From assembly GCA_963677495.2 (NCBI GenBank), contig CAXXOU010000003.1, positions 192,001 to 256,000 on the forward strand: a DNA stretch of 64,000 nucleotides, in the 5' to 3' direction. This stretch comes from Candidatus Cloacimonadales bacterium. GTDB lineage: Bacteria > Cloacimonadota > Cloacimonadia > Cloacimonadales > JAFGVF01. The notes beneath the pieces were generated by a model. That model saw only the letters and a program-made list of their open reading frames with translations, was not told where the DNA came from and ran no database searches. Both the position numbers and the translations under genes were made by a program. Positions 9,112 to 19,718 of the stretch are shown piece by piece (within the stretch, counting starts at the first letter, position 1; each line of letters begins with the position of its first letter).

Positions 9112-10521
9112 ATGGCTAACAAGAAACAGGAAAACAATTTAACCTATGAACGCCATTATTTCTGGAAAAAAGCTTCGGCTACTGAGCAGAAAGCTGCGAT
9201 GGACTTTGCTGAAGATTACAAAACATTCTTAGATGAGTGTAAAACAGAACGTGAATCAATTAATTACACAGTTGAGATGCTGAAAGAGAAAGGTTTCAAA
9301 GAGATCTTAACAAACAAGAAAAGTAAGAAAGTCTTCGCTACATTCCGTGGCAAATCACTTGCTTTTGCGGTACTTGGTAAAAAACCTGTAACTGATGGTG
9401 TAAACGTAATTGCATCTCACGTTGATGCTCCGCGTGTTGACCTTAAACAGAACCCACTTTATGAAGATGGTCCTACCGGACTTGGTATGATGAAAACACA
9501 TTATTATGGTGGAATCAAGAAGTACCAATGGGTTTCAACTCCTCTTGCATTGCACGGTGTTGTTATCAAAAAAGACGGTTCACTCGTTAACGTAAGCATC
9601 GGTGAAGATGATAGCGATCCTGTATTCTGTATCCCTGATCTTCTCCCTCATCTTGCTAGAAAAGAGCAATACACAAAAACTCTCGGTGAAGCAATTGCTG
9701 CAAGACATATGAACATGATTTTCAGTGCTATTCCTGTAACTGATGAAAAAGAGAAGAAAGCGATGAAGATGAATGCTCTTAAGCTTCTTAACGATAAATA
9801 CGGCATTACGGAAGCTGACTTCATCTCTGCTGAGTTAGAGATTGTTCCTGCCGGCAAAGCTCGTGACTGTGGAATCGACAGAAGCTTTGTTATGGGTTAC
9901 GGTCAAGATGACAGAATCTGTGCTTACACATCACTTATGGCTCTTTTAGACAGTAAAACTGCACCTGAAAGAACTTCAGTAATCTACTTTGCGGACAAAG
10001 AAGAGATCGGAAGTGTTGGTAATACCGGTGCACATTCAATCTTCTTAAAAGACTTCATCGGTGACCTTATTGTTCAATCAGGTGAAGAGTGTACAGATTA
10101 CAAACTTCGTAAAACTATTATCAAAACAAACGTACTTTCAGCTGACGTATCAGCCGGTATCAACCCTAACTACCCAGGTGTTCATGACAAACAGAATGCT
10201 CCAATGATGGGTTATGGTGTTAATATCTGTAAATTCACAGGTTCAGGTGGTAAAGGTGGAAGTAACGACGCTAATGCAGAATTCACAGCTAAAGTAATCA
10301 ACATCTTCGAAGATGGAAAAGCATTCTGGCAGATGGGTTCACTCGGAAACGTTGACGTAGGTGGCGGTGGAACAATCGCTTATATCCTTGCAAAAGATGG
10401 TGCAGAAGTTATCGATTGTGGTACACCTTTACTTGGGATGCATTCTCTTTATGAGATGTGCAGTAAAGCTGACCTTTATAGTACTTACAAAGCATATAAA
10501 GCTTTCCTTAACAAAGCTTAA
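9112..10521 (+). CDS. M18 family aminopeptidase
   Basis: ASHVDAPRVDLK, THYYGGIKKYQW, GQDDRICAY, DKEEIGS, LSADV and LLGMHS motifs. Confidence 0.93.
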   Translation: MANKKQENNLTYERHYFWKKASATEQKAAMDFAEDYKTFLDECKTERESINYTVEMLKEKGFKEILTNKKSKKVFATFRGKSLAFAVLGKKPVTDGVNVIASHVDAPRVDLKQNPLYEDGPTGLGMMKTHYYGGIKKYQWVSTPLALHGVVIKKDGSLVNVSIGEDDSDPVFCIPDLLPHLARKEQYTKTLGEAIAARHMNMIFSAIPVTDEKEKKAMKMNALKLLNDKYGITEADFISAELEIVPAGKARDCGIDRSFVMGYGQDDRICAYTSLMALLDSKTAPERTSVIYFADKEEIGSVGNTGAHSIFLKDFIGDLIVQSGEECTDYKLRKTIIKTNVLSADVSAGINPNYPGVHDKQNAPMMGYGVNICKFTGSGGKGGSNDANAEFTAKVINIFEDGKAFWQMGSLGNVDVGGGGTIAYILAKDGAEVIDCGTPLLGMHSLYEMCSKADLYSTYKAYKAFLNKA

Positions 10522-10531
10522 AAGACATATT

Positions 10532-10560
10532 GGAAGGCACGAAAGTGCCTTCCCTTTTTC
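10532..10560 (+). terminator. Intrinsic terminator
   Basis: GGAAGGCAC-GAAA-GTGCCTTCC followed by CTTTTTC. Confidence 0.8.
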
Positions 10561-10574
10561 AAACTGGAGCTATC

Positions 10575-11363
10575 ATGGGTAAAAGATATCTAAGCTTAAT
10601 CATTATTACAGCGATCCTTGTTATTTCATTCGGTTGTGCATCTAATAGTGAATATGTTCAAAAGAATTCTCAAGAGATTAGAGACTTAAAGAGTAAAATA
10701 TACCTTTTAGAGAATGACATAATATCGATAAACACTAGATTGGACGAAATGGATCAACAACTTACTAACATTCCACAAAATGGCGGAGATTCCGGAGCTG
10801 TTACAAAACTACGTTCAGATTTAACAAAGTTGAATAATCAAGTTGAGTTTCATAGTAACCGAATATCATTTCTTTTAGATTCAGCTGAATCTGATGCAGA
10901 TGCGATACTTACTTTGCAAGAGAAAGTGGGCAACAAAAGAGTTCCTCGGAACAAGACCTACAAAAATACAGGCACCCATGCTGTCCCTGCAAGCCCAGAG
11001 TTAGCATATAATACAGCGAAGAAGGATTATGATGAAAATAAACTTCAGGAAGCTCTAGCAGGATTTAAGAACTTCTTAAGAGATTTCCCTCGTCATCAGT
11101 TTGCTGCTAATTCACAATATTGGATTGGTGAGATTTTCTACGATGCAGATGACTACAATAAAGCTGTCCGTGAATTCGAGAAAGTAGAAGAAGACTATCC
11201 GGAATCATTAAAAGCACCAGATGCCAGATTTAAAATAGCTTTATGCCATATTAAACTTGAAAGACCGCAAGAAGCAAAGAAAACATTTAACGATTTAAAG
11301 CGTTTATATCCTGATTATGAGCGCATGTACAAAGTTGATCAGTTCCTCAAAAGCTTAGAGTAA
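10575..11363 (+). CDS. CpoB/YbgF-like TPR lipoprotein (likely start 10575)
   Basis: Lipobox SFGC; coiled coil; TPR with ANSQYWIGE and YPESLKAPDARFKIA; GGAG RBS before 10575. Confidence 0.8.
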   Translation: MGKRYLSLIIITAILVISFGCASNSEYVQKNSQEIRDLKSKIYLLENDIISINTRLDEMDQQLTNIPQNGGDSGAVTKLRSDLTKLNNQVEFHSNRISFLLDSAESDADAILTLQEKVGNKRVPRNKTYKNTGTHAVPASPELAYNTAKKDYDENKLQEALAGFKNFLRDFPRHQFAANSQYWIGEIFYDADDYNKAVREFEKVEEDYPESLKAPDARFKIALCHIKLERPQEAKKTFNDLKRLYPDYERMYKVDQFLKSLE

Positions 11364-11842
11364 TGAAAAGATACTTCTTCCTCATAGCTATCATAGCTTT
11401 ACCATTTATCATCAGCGCATCTGTTGCTGCTGATAATATGGCAGAACTCTTCTCACAAGACAGTATTGAGCTACTATCATCTCAAAAGGTTTTTGTTGGA
11501 AAAGCTAACAGAAGCAGTGACCGTGCAATAGTAGATGAAGTAAAAGCTTATCTAATCAGCAAGGGTATCTCATTGTATGAAACCCCAACAGAAGCTGAAA
11601 TTGGTGTAACTGTTAGAACAGAAGTCGTTACTCAAGAAAGGGAACGCAGAAACGAGAACCTTTTAAGGATTTCAATCAAAGCGGTTGACAGAGAATCAAA
11701 GAAAATAGAGTTTATCTCAGCTACAGAATTAGTAACAGAGAAGCGTAAAACCAAATCCGGTTTAAGCTTCAAATGGTATGAGCCTGTTATTGTTACTTTA
11801 GCTGTTGCATCCCTAATCTTCGGATTATGGAGTTTGGATTAA
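11363..11842 (+). CDS. Hypothetical exported protein with C-terminal membrane anchor
   Basis: Signal peptide, C-terminal hydrophobic helix, coupled to the upstream gene (TAATG). Confidence 0.7.
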   Translation: MKRYFFLIAIIALPFIISASVAADNMAELFSQDSIELLSSQKVFVGKANRSSDRAIVDEVKAYLISKGISLYETPTEAEIGVTVRTEVVTQERERRNENLLRISIKAVDRESKKIEFISATELVTEKRKTKSGLSFKWYEPVIVTLAVASLIFGLWSLD

Positions 11843-11854
11843 CAGGAGTCATAA

Positions 11855-12610
11855 ATGAAACGTATTATATATCTTTTAACTCTCTTAGTAATTTTAGCAG
11901 TTGGTTGTTCTAAGAATATAGATAACAGACCAGCAGAAGAAAAGATGGCTGATGCTGATGCATTCTTTGCTAAGAAGAAGTACGCCAAAGCTGCAATTCT
12001 ATATCAGGACATTATCTTTGAGAGAACAACTCTTCTTACCTCAGTAGCACAGATGAAGCTGGCAGATTGCTACTTTGCTGATGATAAGTTCTATGATGCA
12101 AGACTTGAATATGAGCAAATGATTAAGCTTTTTCCTGATAACGAGAATATCGCTGATGCATACTACAAGATTGGGGTATGCTACTTTGAAGAATCGCTAC
12201 CGGCACATTATACCCAGGAAGAAACAAATTCAGCAATCAACGCTTTCACTGTTTTCTTAGATAAATTCCCTAATGATCCTCGAAAAGATGATGCTATAAA
12301 GTATATCCAGGATTGTCAATTCAAACTTCTTGAGAAGAAGTATGAGAATGGGAGAATCTACTTTAAAATGGAAGACTATAGCGGAGCCTTGCTTTATCTA
12401 CAAGAGATTATGGACCTTGGGAACAGTAACGAGCTGGATATGAACTCTCACCTGTTTGCAGGGCAAATCTATAAGCATTGGGAGCAGTATGATGTTGCTA
12501 AAGCACATCTTGCTGTCGTAATGGATAGATATCCAGACACAAAAGCAGCTAAAAAAGCTCGAAAAGTCCTAATGAAAATTAAGAAGTTAGAGGAAAGTGC
12601 TGAAAAGTGA
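11855..12610 (+). CDS. bamD: Outer-membrane assembly lipoprotein BamD
   Basis: Lipobox LAVGC; TPRs; AQMKLADCYF and DAYYKIGVCYFEES..YTQEET pattern. Confidence 0.8.
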   Translation: MKRIIYLLTLLVILAVGCSKNIDNRPAEEKMADADAFFAKKKYAKAAILYQDIIFERTTLLTSVAQMKLADCYFADDKFYDARLEYEQMIKLFPDNENIADAYYKIGVCYFEESLPAHYTQEETNSAINAFTVFLDKFPNDPRKDDAIKYIQDCQFKLLEKKYENGRIYFKMEDYSGALLYLQEIMDLGNSNELDMNSHLFAGQIYKHWEQYDVAKAHLAVVMDRYPDTKAAKKARKVLMKIKKLEESAEK

Positions 12611-13179
12611 AGATTGCTATCTTAGGTGGTTCATTTAATCCGATCCACTTAGGTCATATCCATATAGCTGAACAAGCAATAAAGATTTTACAAGTCGATA
12701 AGGTACTCTTTGTACCTGTCGGCTTGCATCATTTTAAGACAACTGATTCTACCCCATACGAAGTAAGATTCAATTGGACAAAAAAAGCTATAGCTCAATA
12801 TCCTAACTACGAGATCTCTGATTTGGATTCACCGGATTATGGTATAAGCTTTACAAAGAACCTACTCATCAGACTACGTGAGCAACATCCAAACGATAAG
12901 TTTCTTTTCATTGCCGGAGCAGATATTTTGGAATCTCTTCACAAATGGCATGATTATGAGTGGCTATTAAATAATGCAAACTTTGCGTTTTTTACAAGAC
13001 CTGGCCTAAGAGCTGTTGATAACAAAGCTCTTCCTAAAGAAGTTACTTTTTTTGAGATGGAGCCAGTGGCAATATCTTCTACTGAGATAAGAAAACTAGC
13101 CTCCTCCGGAAAAGATTTTAGTAACTTAGTACCTGCAAAAATCGTTGAAGATATTCAATCTTATTACAACGGTATTTAA
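12607..13179 (+). CDS. nadD: Nicotinate-nucleotide adenylyltransferase
   Basis: GGSFNPIHLGH, FIAGAD..LHKWHD and ISSTEIR motifs. Confidence 0.93.
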   Translation: MKIAILGGSFNPIHLGHIHIAEQAIKILQVDKVLFVPVGLHHFKTTDSTPYEVRFNWTKKAIAQYPNYEISDLDSPDYGISFTKNLLIRLREQHPNDKFLFIAGADILESLHKWHDYEWLLNNANFAFFTRPGLRAVDNKALPKEVTFFEMEPVAISSTEIRKLASSGKDFSNLVPAKIVEDIQSYYNGI

Positions 13180-13312
13180 TTACCGATAGAGTATCCCCTA
13201 TTCAATCTATCAAGTTAATAGCACTCATTTAAGCTCTTTCTTCCATCAGCTTAAAACCTGCTTGACATTAACCGGTAGCATAAAAAACGCTAGATAAACA
13301 CTAACATTAAGG

Positions 13313-14236
13313 ATGAACATGAAGAGAAGTTTATATATTTACTGTCTAGCTCTTATTGCAATGATATGCTGGAGCTTGACCTTTGTAATTTACAAAGTAG
13401 CTTATAAATATTATCAACCGTTTACACTTGTCTTCCTCAGATTGTTAATTGCAACTCTATTCCTTGAAGTTGTTGCTCTAATTAGCACCCGAGAGAAAGT
13501 AGCTAAAAAGGATAGAAAAGCATTCTTCCTCTTAGCTCTGTTTGAACCATTTCTTTACTTCATGGGAGAAAGCTTAGGATTGCAATATGTCTCTGCTACT
13601 GTAGGAGCTATCATGATTGCGATTATCCCTCTTATAACCCCTTTCTTCAGCTGGTTAGTGCATAAAGAACGAGTTACTCTGTTCAGCTATTTAGGAGCAG
13701 TAGTTTCTTTTATTGGTGTTTATTTAACTATCGCTGGCGACAACAGCGGAGGGACATATTTTAAAGGCATTCTTTATATGCTTCTTGCCGTTGGAGCAGG
13801 CTTATGTTATGGACTTCTGGTAAAACCTTTATCTCATAAGTATTCACCGGCAACAATTGTTCGAGTTCAAAGTACGATTGGTATGATATTGTTTCTTCCA
13901 TTCTTTATTATCAAAGATTGGAATCATTTTATAACAGTTACACCAAACAGTGAACTAGTAATATCAGTCCTTTCTATGGGGATTATTGCATCTGTGTTTG
14001 CCTATATGCTATATACAGCTGTCATTAAGAATATAGGTTTAAACAATGCTACTTATTTTGCAAATCTTATCCCTGTATTCACTGCTATTGCGTCATATTT
14101 CATACTGAAAGAAAGTTTTAGTATTGGGAAAATCATGGGGATTGTGTTAGTGGTTGGAGGTCTTTTCGCAACACAACTCTTTGACATCCATGCTAGACAG
14201 AAAATAAAATCACAGAAAAAACTTTACAGCAAGTAA
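13313..14236 (+). CDS. DMT/EamA family transporter
   Basis: About 10 TM helices in two EamA repeats; NLIPVFTAIASYFILKE. Confidence 0.9.
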   Translation: MNMKRSLYIYCLALIAMICWSLTFVIYKVAYKYYQPFTLVFLRLLIATLFLEVVALISTREKVAKKDRKAFFLLALFEPFLYFMGESLGLQYVSATVGAIMIAIIPLITPFFSWLVHKERVTLFSYLGAVVSFIGVYLTIAGDNSGGTYFKGILYMLLAVGAGLCYGLLVKPLSHKYSPATIVRVQSTIGMILFLPFFIIKDWNHFITVTPNSELVISVLSMGIIASVFAYMLYTAVIKNIGLNNATYFANLIPVFTAIASYFILKESFSIGKIMGIVLVVGGLFATQLFDIHARQKIKSQKKLYSK

Positions 14237-14273
14237 TTAAGATTAATATTTTCAAAAACATCCGGAGGGGTGG

Positions 14274-15230
14274 ATGAGAATTAAGAATCTAGTTTATGCA
14301 ATAATAATTATTGTCTTAGTAACAATCTTGTTTGCTCAAGTAAGACAATTAGGATATATTGCAGGTGCAATGATCCAGGAGAAGGAGATTAAGATACACT
14401 CTACTTTCTCAGCACCTGATACATTTGAGAATTGGGAAACACTGAGTAATTTTGAAAGAATTATCGTTTATTTCAGTGGATATCTGCTTGTTGTATTAGT
14501 ATGGTTTATCGTAACAATTCTGCTTCCACCAAGTAGTAGTGGTCTTGTAATCTGTGCTCGCATATGGAGTTCTATTCTTATTCTCATCTATCAACTTTGG
14601 TCACTAATCAGTATCTCTTCAGTATTCTTTACTCCTACAGGTTTTGGGCGTGCAGGTTATGCAAATGCACAATATGGGAACCACCCAATTATGGCCTTCT
14701 TTATAATACTTATCATTCTTTTAATATCAGTATTTAGTGTTTGGAAGCGTAGACCACAAAAAGCCCATATAGAAAATGTAACAACTCACCAGATTATATT
14801 CTATAAAGAGTTTAATATACTTGGAAGCATACTTGTTGGAGTCTTAGTGTTTTCTTTGATTCTGACCTCTTTACGGACACGTCCTTTGGAGCTTTTTAAT
14901 CTTGATTTTGGCTTCGGCAAAATAGGCGAAGAGATATTTATTTTGCAAGCAGACAGCCTTGTAGAAGATCTCTTTAGTTTCGAGCTTGATAAAAAACAAC
15001 GGATTTATCTTACTATCAAGCTCAACAATATTGATTCTGAGTACTTGAATCTTGGAATTAAAAGTGATTCTTTCAGCCAAACTATTCTTGAGGAAGATAA
15101 TCTTAAGACCGAAGAGAGAATTATTGAAGTAGAGATGAACTTAGATGCTGGTACATATTTTATTAACTTTACTAATTTCAATAAGATAATCAACAAAACA
15201 AGTATTTCCCTTAGTCTAAATATTTATTGA
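14274..15230 (+). CDS. Hypothetical membrane protein with soluble beta-rich C-terminal domain
   Basis: About 5 hydrophobic segments, then a domain ending LDAGTYFINF; GGAGG RBS. Confidence 0.65.
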   Translation: MRIKNLVYAIIIIVLVTILFAQVRQLGYIAGAMIQEKEIKIHSTFSAPDTFENWETLSNFERIIVYFSGYLLVVLVWFIVTILLPPSSSGLVICARIWSSILILIYQLWSLISISSVFFTPTGFGRAGYANAQYGNHPIMAFFIILIILLISVFSVWKRRPQKAHIENVTTHQIIFYKEFNILGSILVGVLVFSLILTSLRTRPLELFNLDFGFGKIGEEIFILQADSLVEDLFSFELDKKQRIYLTIKLNNIDSEYLNLGIKSDSFSQTILEEDNLKTEERIIEVEMNLDAGTYFINFTNFNKIINKTSISLSLNIY

Positions 15231-15290
15231 CCTGTCGGCAGAGCAATAAAAATTGGAATCATAAAACCGCTTATAATCGGAGTTTAGTTA

Positions 15291-16277
15291 ATGAAAAGGA
15301 TATGGTTTCTACTTAGTATTAGTCTGATGCTTTTTTCTGTGAGTGCACAGGAAATAATGAATATCAGAACTGAGAATGATAATGGACGTCTAATAATAAC
15401 TTATGATTTAATTGGTGAAGATAAAGCTAACATAATAGTCAAAGCCACTAAACATGGTGAAACAATCATTCCAACAGCAATAGCCGGTGATATCATTGAA
15501 GTTGTACCCGGCCTGGAGAAGCAGATATGGTGGGAACCTTATCTAGAGCAATACTCAGTGGAAGATTGGCAAATAGAGCTATCAATCTGGAGTGGCGAAT
15601 ATATCTATGTTCAGGGTAGTACAATTAAGTTTGAAGATAACTCCTTAGTTGAGATAAAAGGTTTATATGTAGGGAAATATGAGCTAACACAAAAAGAGTG
15701 GGTTGAAGTAATGGGCAATCAGCCTTCAAGGTTTGAGGGAGAGAATAGGCCAGTTGAAAGTGTTAGGTGGGATCAAGCTGTAGAATTCTGTAATAAGAAA
15801 AGTATCTTAGAAGGATTAACTCCATGTTATATAATAACTCCAGACTCTGTTAAATGTGATTTTAGTGCTGATGGTTATAGATTACCATATGAAGCAGAGT
15901 GGGAGTATTGTGCTTCCGGTGGAGTATTAACTAATGCATATCCATATAGTGGTAGTAAGGATGTTGATGATGTTGCTTGGTACGATGAAACATCTAACCA
16001 TGAGACTGAACCACATGGACAGCTTATGCCTAATGAATTAGGTATATACGATATGAGTGGGAATGTTAAAGAATGGTGTTGGGATAACTATTGGGGAGAT
16101 AGACTGAAACCTAATTATGGATTGCGTGCAAATGCAATAAACAAAAAGAAAGTCATCAAAGGTGGCAGTTGGTTTGAGACATATAAGAAAAGTACAATCA
16201 GTGCCAGAAGTGCTGAGCATGGTGATATTAGAGATTTTAGAATTGGCTTCAGACTATTTAGGACAGCAGTGAAGTAG
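15291..16277 (+). CDS. Secreted FGE-sulfatase (SUMF1/EgtB/PvdO, CLec-like) domain protein
   Basis: KYELTQ, RPVESVRW, YRLPYEAEWEY, PNELGIYDMSGNVKEWCWD, KGGSW and IGFRL motifs. Confidence 0.9.
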   Translation: MKRIWFLLSISLMLFSVSAQEIMNIRTENDNGRLIITYDLIGEDKANIIVKATKHGETIIPTAIAGDIIEVVPGLEKQIWWEPYLEQYSVEDWQIELSIWSGEYIYVQGSTIKFEDNSLVEIKGLYVGKYELTQKEWVEVMGNQPSRFEGENRPVESVRWDQAVEFCNKKSILEGLTPCYIITPDSVKCDFSADGYRLPYEAEWEYCASGGVLTNAYPYSGSKDVDDVAWYDETSNHETEPHGQLMPNELGIYDMSGNVKEWCWDNYWGDRLKPNYGLRANAINKKKVIKGGSWFETYKKSTISARSAEHGDIRDFRIGFRLFRTAVK

Positions 16278-16282
16278 GTACT

Positions 16283-17779
16283 ATGAAGAAAATATTATTT
16301 ATTACAACCTTAAGCTTATTGTCTTCCCTCTTTGCCTTCACAATAACTGAAAGAATTGATATGCTGATTAAACTCAAAGAGCATAAATTCTCTTCAGAAA
16401 AACTTGAATCTGAGTGGCAGACAAGACTTGATAACCAAAGAGAAGATTCTCAGAATTCCGGTTATGGCAAAACACATTCACTTTTAGATATTAGGTTTAG
16501 TGATATTGATGACTTCGCAAAAGCACTTGAGAAAGAATATACAACTCAAATCAATTATAGTAAAGCCTGTTTTGATTATCGAATGGAAAGCATAGAACAT
16601 GAACTTGAAGTAGAGATGCTAAATAGTAGAGAGGAGATAAAGCTTAACTTCACGTTACTAAAATATTTTGAAAATGAAGGAATGCTGGCTATAAATGTAG
16701 ACACGTTTGATAAAACTTTTGCTACTAAAGGTGATTTATACATAAACTCATACATTAATGAGTATCCTGATACATGCTTTGTCAAAGTTACTAAAGAATA
16801 TCAAGGTTATGATCAGTGGTCTTATTTTAATTGGAAACTAGTTTTAGGTGAAATGGAATACCCGTTCTCAAATCAGAGAGTAGTCAGAACTGAAGTTGAT
16901 GATACTGAGATTCCTGAAAGCCCTTTCGAGAAGGATAGCTGGGAGTATGAGAAGGTTGAATATGATACAACAGGTATTGTAAAAGAGTTCTCTGTTTCTG
17001 ACAGCTTATTAGCTCTCGAGGGTCAAAGTAAACTGGCTGTTATTATTGGCTTATCTGATTATGAATACTTACCTTCTTATAAATATGCTGATAGCGATGC
17101 TAAGCTTGTTAAAGATCGATTACAGAAGTTGCTTTTTATACCTAATAGTAATATCTATTACGCTACAAATGCAGATTTTAAAGGTTTCGCTGATCTCTTC
17201 AAAGACTACGGTTGGTTAATGGATAAGACTGAGAAAGATACACTCGACTTATACCTCTACTTTGCCGGTAATGGTTGTAGTATAGATGGTCAAGCAGCTC
17301 TACTCGAGAGCAACTACAACTTCTATTTACCAGATATGGGAGCTACAAAGGTAGATACCCTTATCGCTGATTTGAATAAGTACAATTTGAGCAGTATCAC
17401 TCTATTCTTAGATACTAATTTCGCTACACTTAATAATCAAAACATCTTTATAACAAACAGTTTAGATGAGCTTCCACCTGCAGTCGGAATGAGTGTTATC
17501 CCCGATAATGTTAGTATATTCTATGGAGCTAACACAAGAGGAAAATCCTATCTGTTGGAAGACTATAAACAGAATCTCTTCACCCGGGCATTTGTGGAGA
17601 GTTTGCAGGCAAAATCTGATAGAAACAGAGACAAATATGTAACTCTAAACGAACTGGAAGCACGTATTTCTTCTCTCTGTAAAAAATATGGTAACGAGCT
17701 TGGAATAAGTCAACATCCGCGTTTACAATCATCGAATGGAAATAAGATGTTTTTCAGACTTGACAATCCGTACAAATAA
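16283..17779 (+). CDS. Secreted protein with C-terminal caspase-like (C14) domain, probably inactive
   Basis: LAVIIGLSDY..YADSDA, LYFAGNG, LFLDTNF, NLFTRAFVESL, DRNRDKYVTLNEL and QHP pattern. Confidence 0.7.
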   Translation: MKKILFITTLSLLSSLFAFTITERIDMLIKLKEHKFSSEKLESEWQTRLDNQREDSQNSGYGKTHSLLDIRFSDIDDFAKALEKEYTTQINYSKACFDYRMESIEHELEVEMLNSREEIKLNFTLLKYFENEGMLAINVDTFDKTFATKGDLYINSYINEYPDTCFVKVTKEYQGYDQWSYFNWKLVLGEMEYPFSNQRVVRTEVDDTEIPESPFEKDSWEYEKVEYDTTGIVKEFSVSDSLLALEGQSKLAVIIGLSDYEYLPSYKYADSDAKLVKDRLQKLLFIPNSNIYYATNADFKGFADLFKDYGWLMDKTEKDTLDLYLYFAGNGCSIDGQAALLESNYNFYLPDMGATKVDTLIADLNKYNLSSITLFLDTNFATLNNQNIFITNSLDELPPAVGMSVIPDNVSIFYGANTRGKSYLLEDYKQNLFTRAFVESLQAKSDRNRDKYVTLNELEARISSLCKKYGNELGISQHPRLQSSNGNKMFFRLDNPYK

Positions 17780-17831
17780 AATCTGTAAACTCAATACAAA
17801 TAGTTAAATAATTATAAACATAGAGGTAATA

Positions 17832-19718
17832 ATGAAGAAGCTGTCCCGGGAAGAATTAGCGCAAATCGCCAAACAATCTAAAGTTGCACGTGGAGAAATT
17901 ATTAAGATGACTACACTCGCCAAGTCAGGTCATCCGGGTGGTTCAATGTCCACTATCGATGCTATGATGGTGTTGTATAAGATGGCAAACATCTCACCTG
18001 AGAACTATAAAGAAGATGACAGAGATAGAGTTGTGGTTAGTAATGGTCACATCTCCCCTGCTGTGTATTCAACACTTGCTCTTAACAATTTCTTTGATAT
18101 GAACACTGCTGTTTCTCAGTTCAGACTTTGTGGTTCTATCTATGAAGGCCATATCGAACGCGATGTGCCCGGTGTTGAATGGGGAACCGGCAACTTAGGA
18201 CAAGGTCTTTCAACTGCTGTTGGTTTCGCTCTTGCTAATAAGCTCAAAGATATTAACAGTAATGTTTATGTCTTCATGGGTGATGGTGAACAGCAGAAAG
18301 GTCAAATCGGTGAAGCTCGTAAAGCTGCAATCAAGTTTGGACTATCTAATATAACAGTAGTTATCGATTATAACAGACTTCAAATCAGTGGTGATATTGA
18401 TGAAGTTATGCCAAATAGAATCAGTGACAACTTCATCTCTGATGGTTGGGAAGTTATTGAGATAGATGGGCACAACTATGAAGACCTTCAGTATGCTTAT
18501 GAACAGGCTGAGAAGAGTAAACTTCCTGTAATGATTCTTGCTAAAACAGTTATGGGTAAGGATGTTTCTTTCATGGAAAACCTTGAGAAATACCATGGTT
18601 CTCCACTTAGTGAAGAACAATTAGCTGAAGCTTTAAACGAACTCGGTCTTGAAAACAATCTTGATGAGCTTAAAAAACTGAGAAGTGAGTTTGTTAAAGA
18701 AACTCATAATAAAGATAAATTCAAACTTACTTTCGACCTAAACCCGGGTGAAGCAAAAACATATACAGACAAAACTGATAACCGTTCTGCCTGGGGTAAT
18801 GCCTTAACAGACCTTGCAGCCAACAATATCGATAACCCGATCGCAGTATTCGATTGTGACCTTGCCGGTAGTGTTAAAACAAACGGTTTTGCTAAAGCTG
18901 CTCCTGAGAAATTCTTACAGATGGGTATTATGGAACATAACACTTCAGTAATAGCAGGTGCTGTTTCTGCTTGTGGAATCCAGACTTTCTGGGCTGATTT
19001 CGGTGTCTTTGGAGTTGATGAAGTTATCAATATGCATCGTCTTACAGACATAAACCACGGTAACCTGAAGGTTGTTACTACTCATGTAGGTCTTGATGTA
19101 GGTGAAGATGGAAAAACTCATCAATGCATTGATTATGTCGGTTTAACAAGGAACTTATACAACTTTGGTATAATAGTTCCGGCTGATCCTAATCAAACAG
19201 ACAGAGCCACTCGCTGGTTAGCTACTCAACCGGGTAACTATCTCCTAGCTATGGGACGTTCTAAGTTAGATATTTTGAAAGATACTGAAGGAAATATCAT
19301 TTTTGATGATAATTATAAATTTGAATATGGCAAAGCTGATAAACTTAGAGATGGTGACAAAGCTGCTTTACTCGTTATGGGTACAGTTTCAAACAGAGCA
19401 GTTGCTGTTGCTGACGAACTTGCTGCAAAAGGTATCAATATTCAGGTTTGGAATATCTCTACTCCAACTGATATTGATACTGAAGCACTTAAACAAGCTG
19501 CAGCTACAGGTACAATCTTCACTTATGAAGATCATAATGTTAATACCGGACTTGGGTCTTTAGTTGCATCTGAGTTATTTAAACAAGGTTTATCCTGTAA
19601 ACTTAAATGCTTCGGTGTAGAAGACTATGCCGTTTCTGGTGCAAGCACTGATGTATTCAAACATTGTAGTTTAGATGCTGAGTCAGTTCAAAAAAGGATT
19701 GAAGACTACCTTGGATAG
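17832..19718 (+). CDS. tkt: Transketolase (single chain)
   Basis: SGHPGGSMS, SNGH, GNLGQGLS, TPP motif GDGE..N, GEDGKTHQ. Confidence 0.93.
   Translation: MKKLSREELAQIAKQSKVARGEIIKMTTLAKSGHPGGSMSTIDAMMVLYKMANISPENYKEDDRDRVVVSNGHISPAVYSTLALNNFFDMNTAVSQFRLCGSIYEGHIERDVPGVEWGTGNLGQGLSTAVGFALANKLKDINSNVYVFMGDGEQQKGQIGEARKAAIKFGLSNITVVIDYNRLQISGDIDEVMPNRISDNFISDGWEVIEIDGHNYEDLQYAYEQAEKSKLPVMILAKTVMGKDVSFMENLEKYHGSPLSEEQLAEALNELGLENNLDELKKLRSEFVKETHNKDKFKLTFDLNPGEAKTYTDKTDNRSAWGNALTDLAANNIDNPIAVFDCDLAGSVKTNGFAKAAPEKFLQMGIMEHNTSVIAGAVSACGIQTFWADFGVFGVDEVINMHRLTDINHGNLKVVTTHVGLDVGEDGKTHQCIDYVGLTRNLYNFGIIVPADPNQTDRATRWLATQPGNYLLAMGRSKLDILKDTEGNIIFDDNYKFEYGKADKLRDGDKAALLVMGTVSNRAVAVADELAAKGINIQVWNISTPTDIDTEALKQAAATGTIFTYEDHNVNTGLGSLVASELFKQGLSCKLKCFGVEDYAVSGASTDVFKHCSLDAESVQKRIEDYLG

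Noticed and set aside
16130..16277. FGE/CLec C-terminus as a diversity-generating retroelement target
   Set aside because: No reverse transcriptase and no template repeat seen in the window; a remote DGR cannot be excluded
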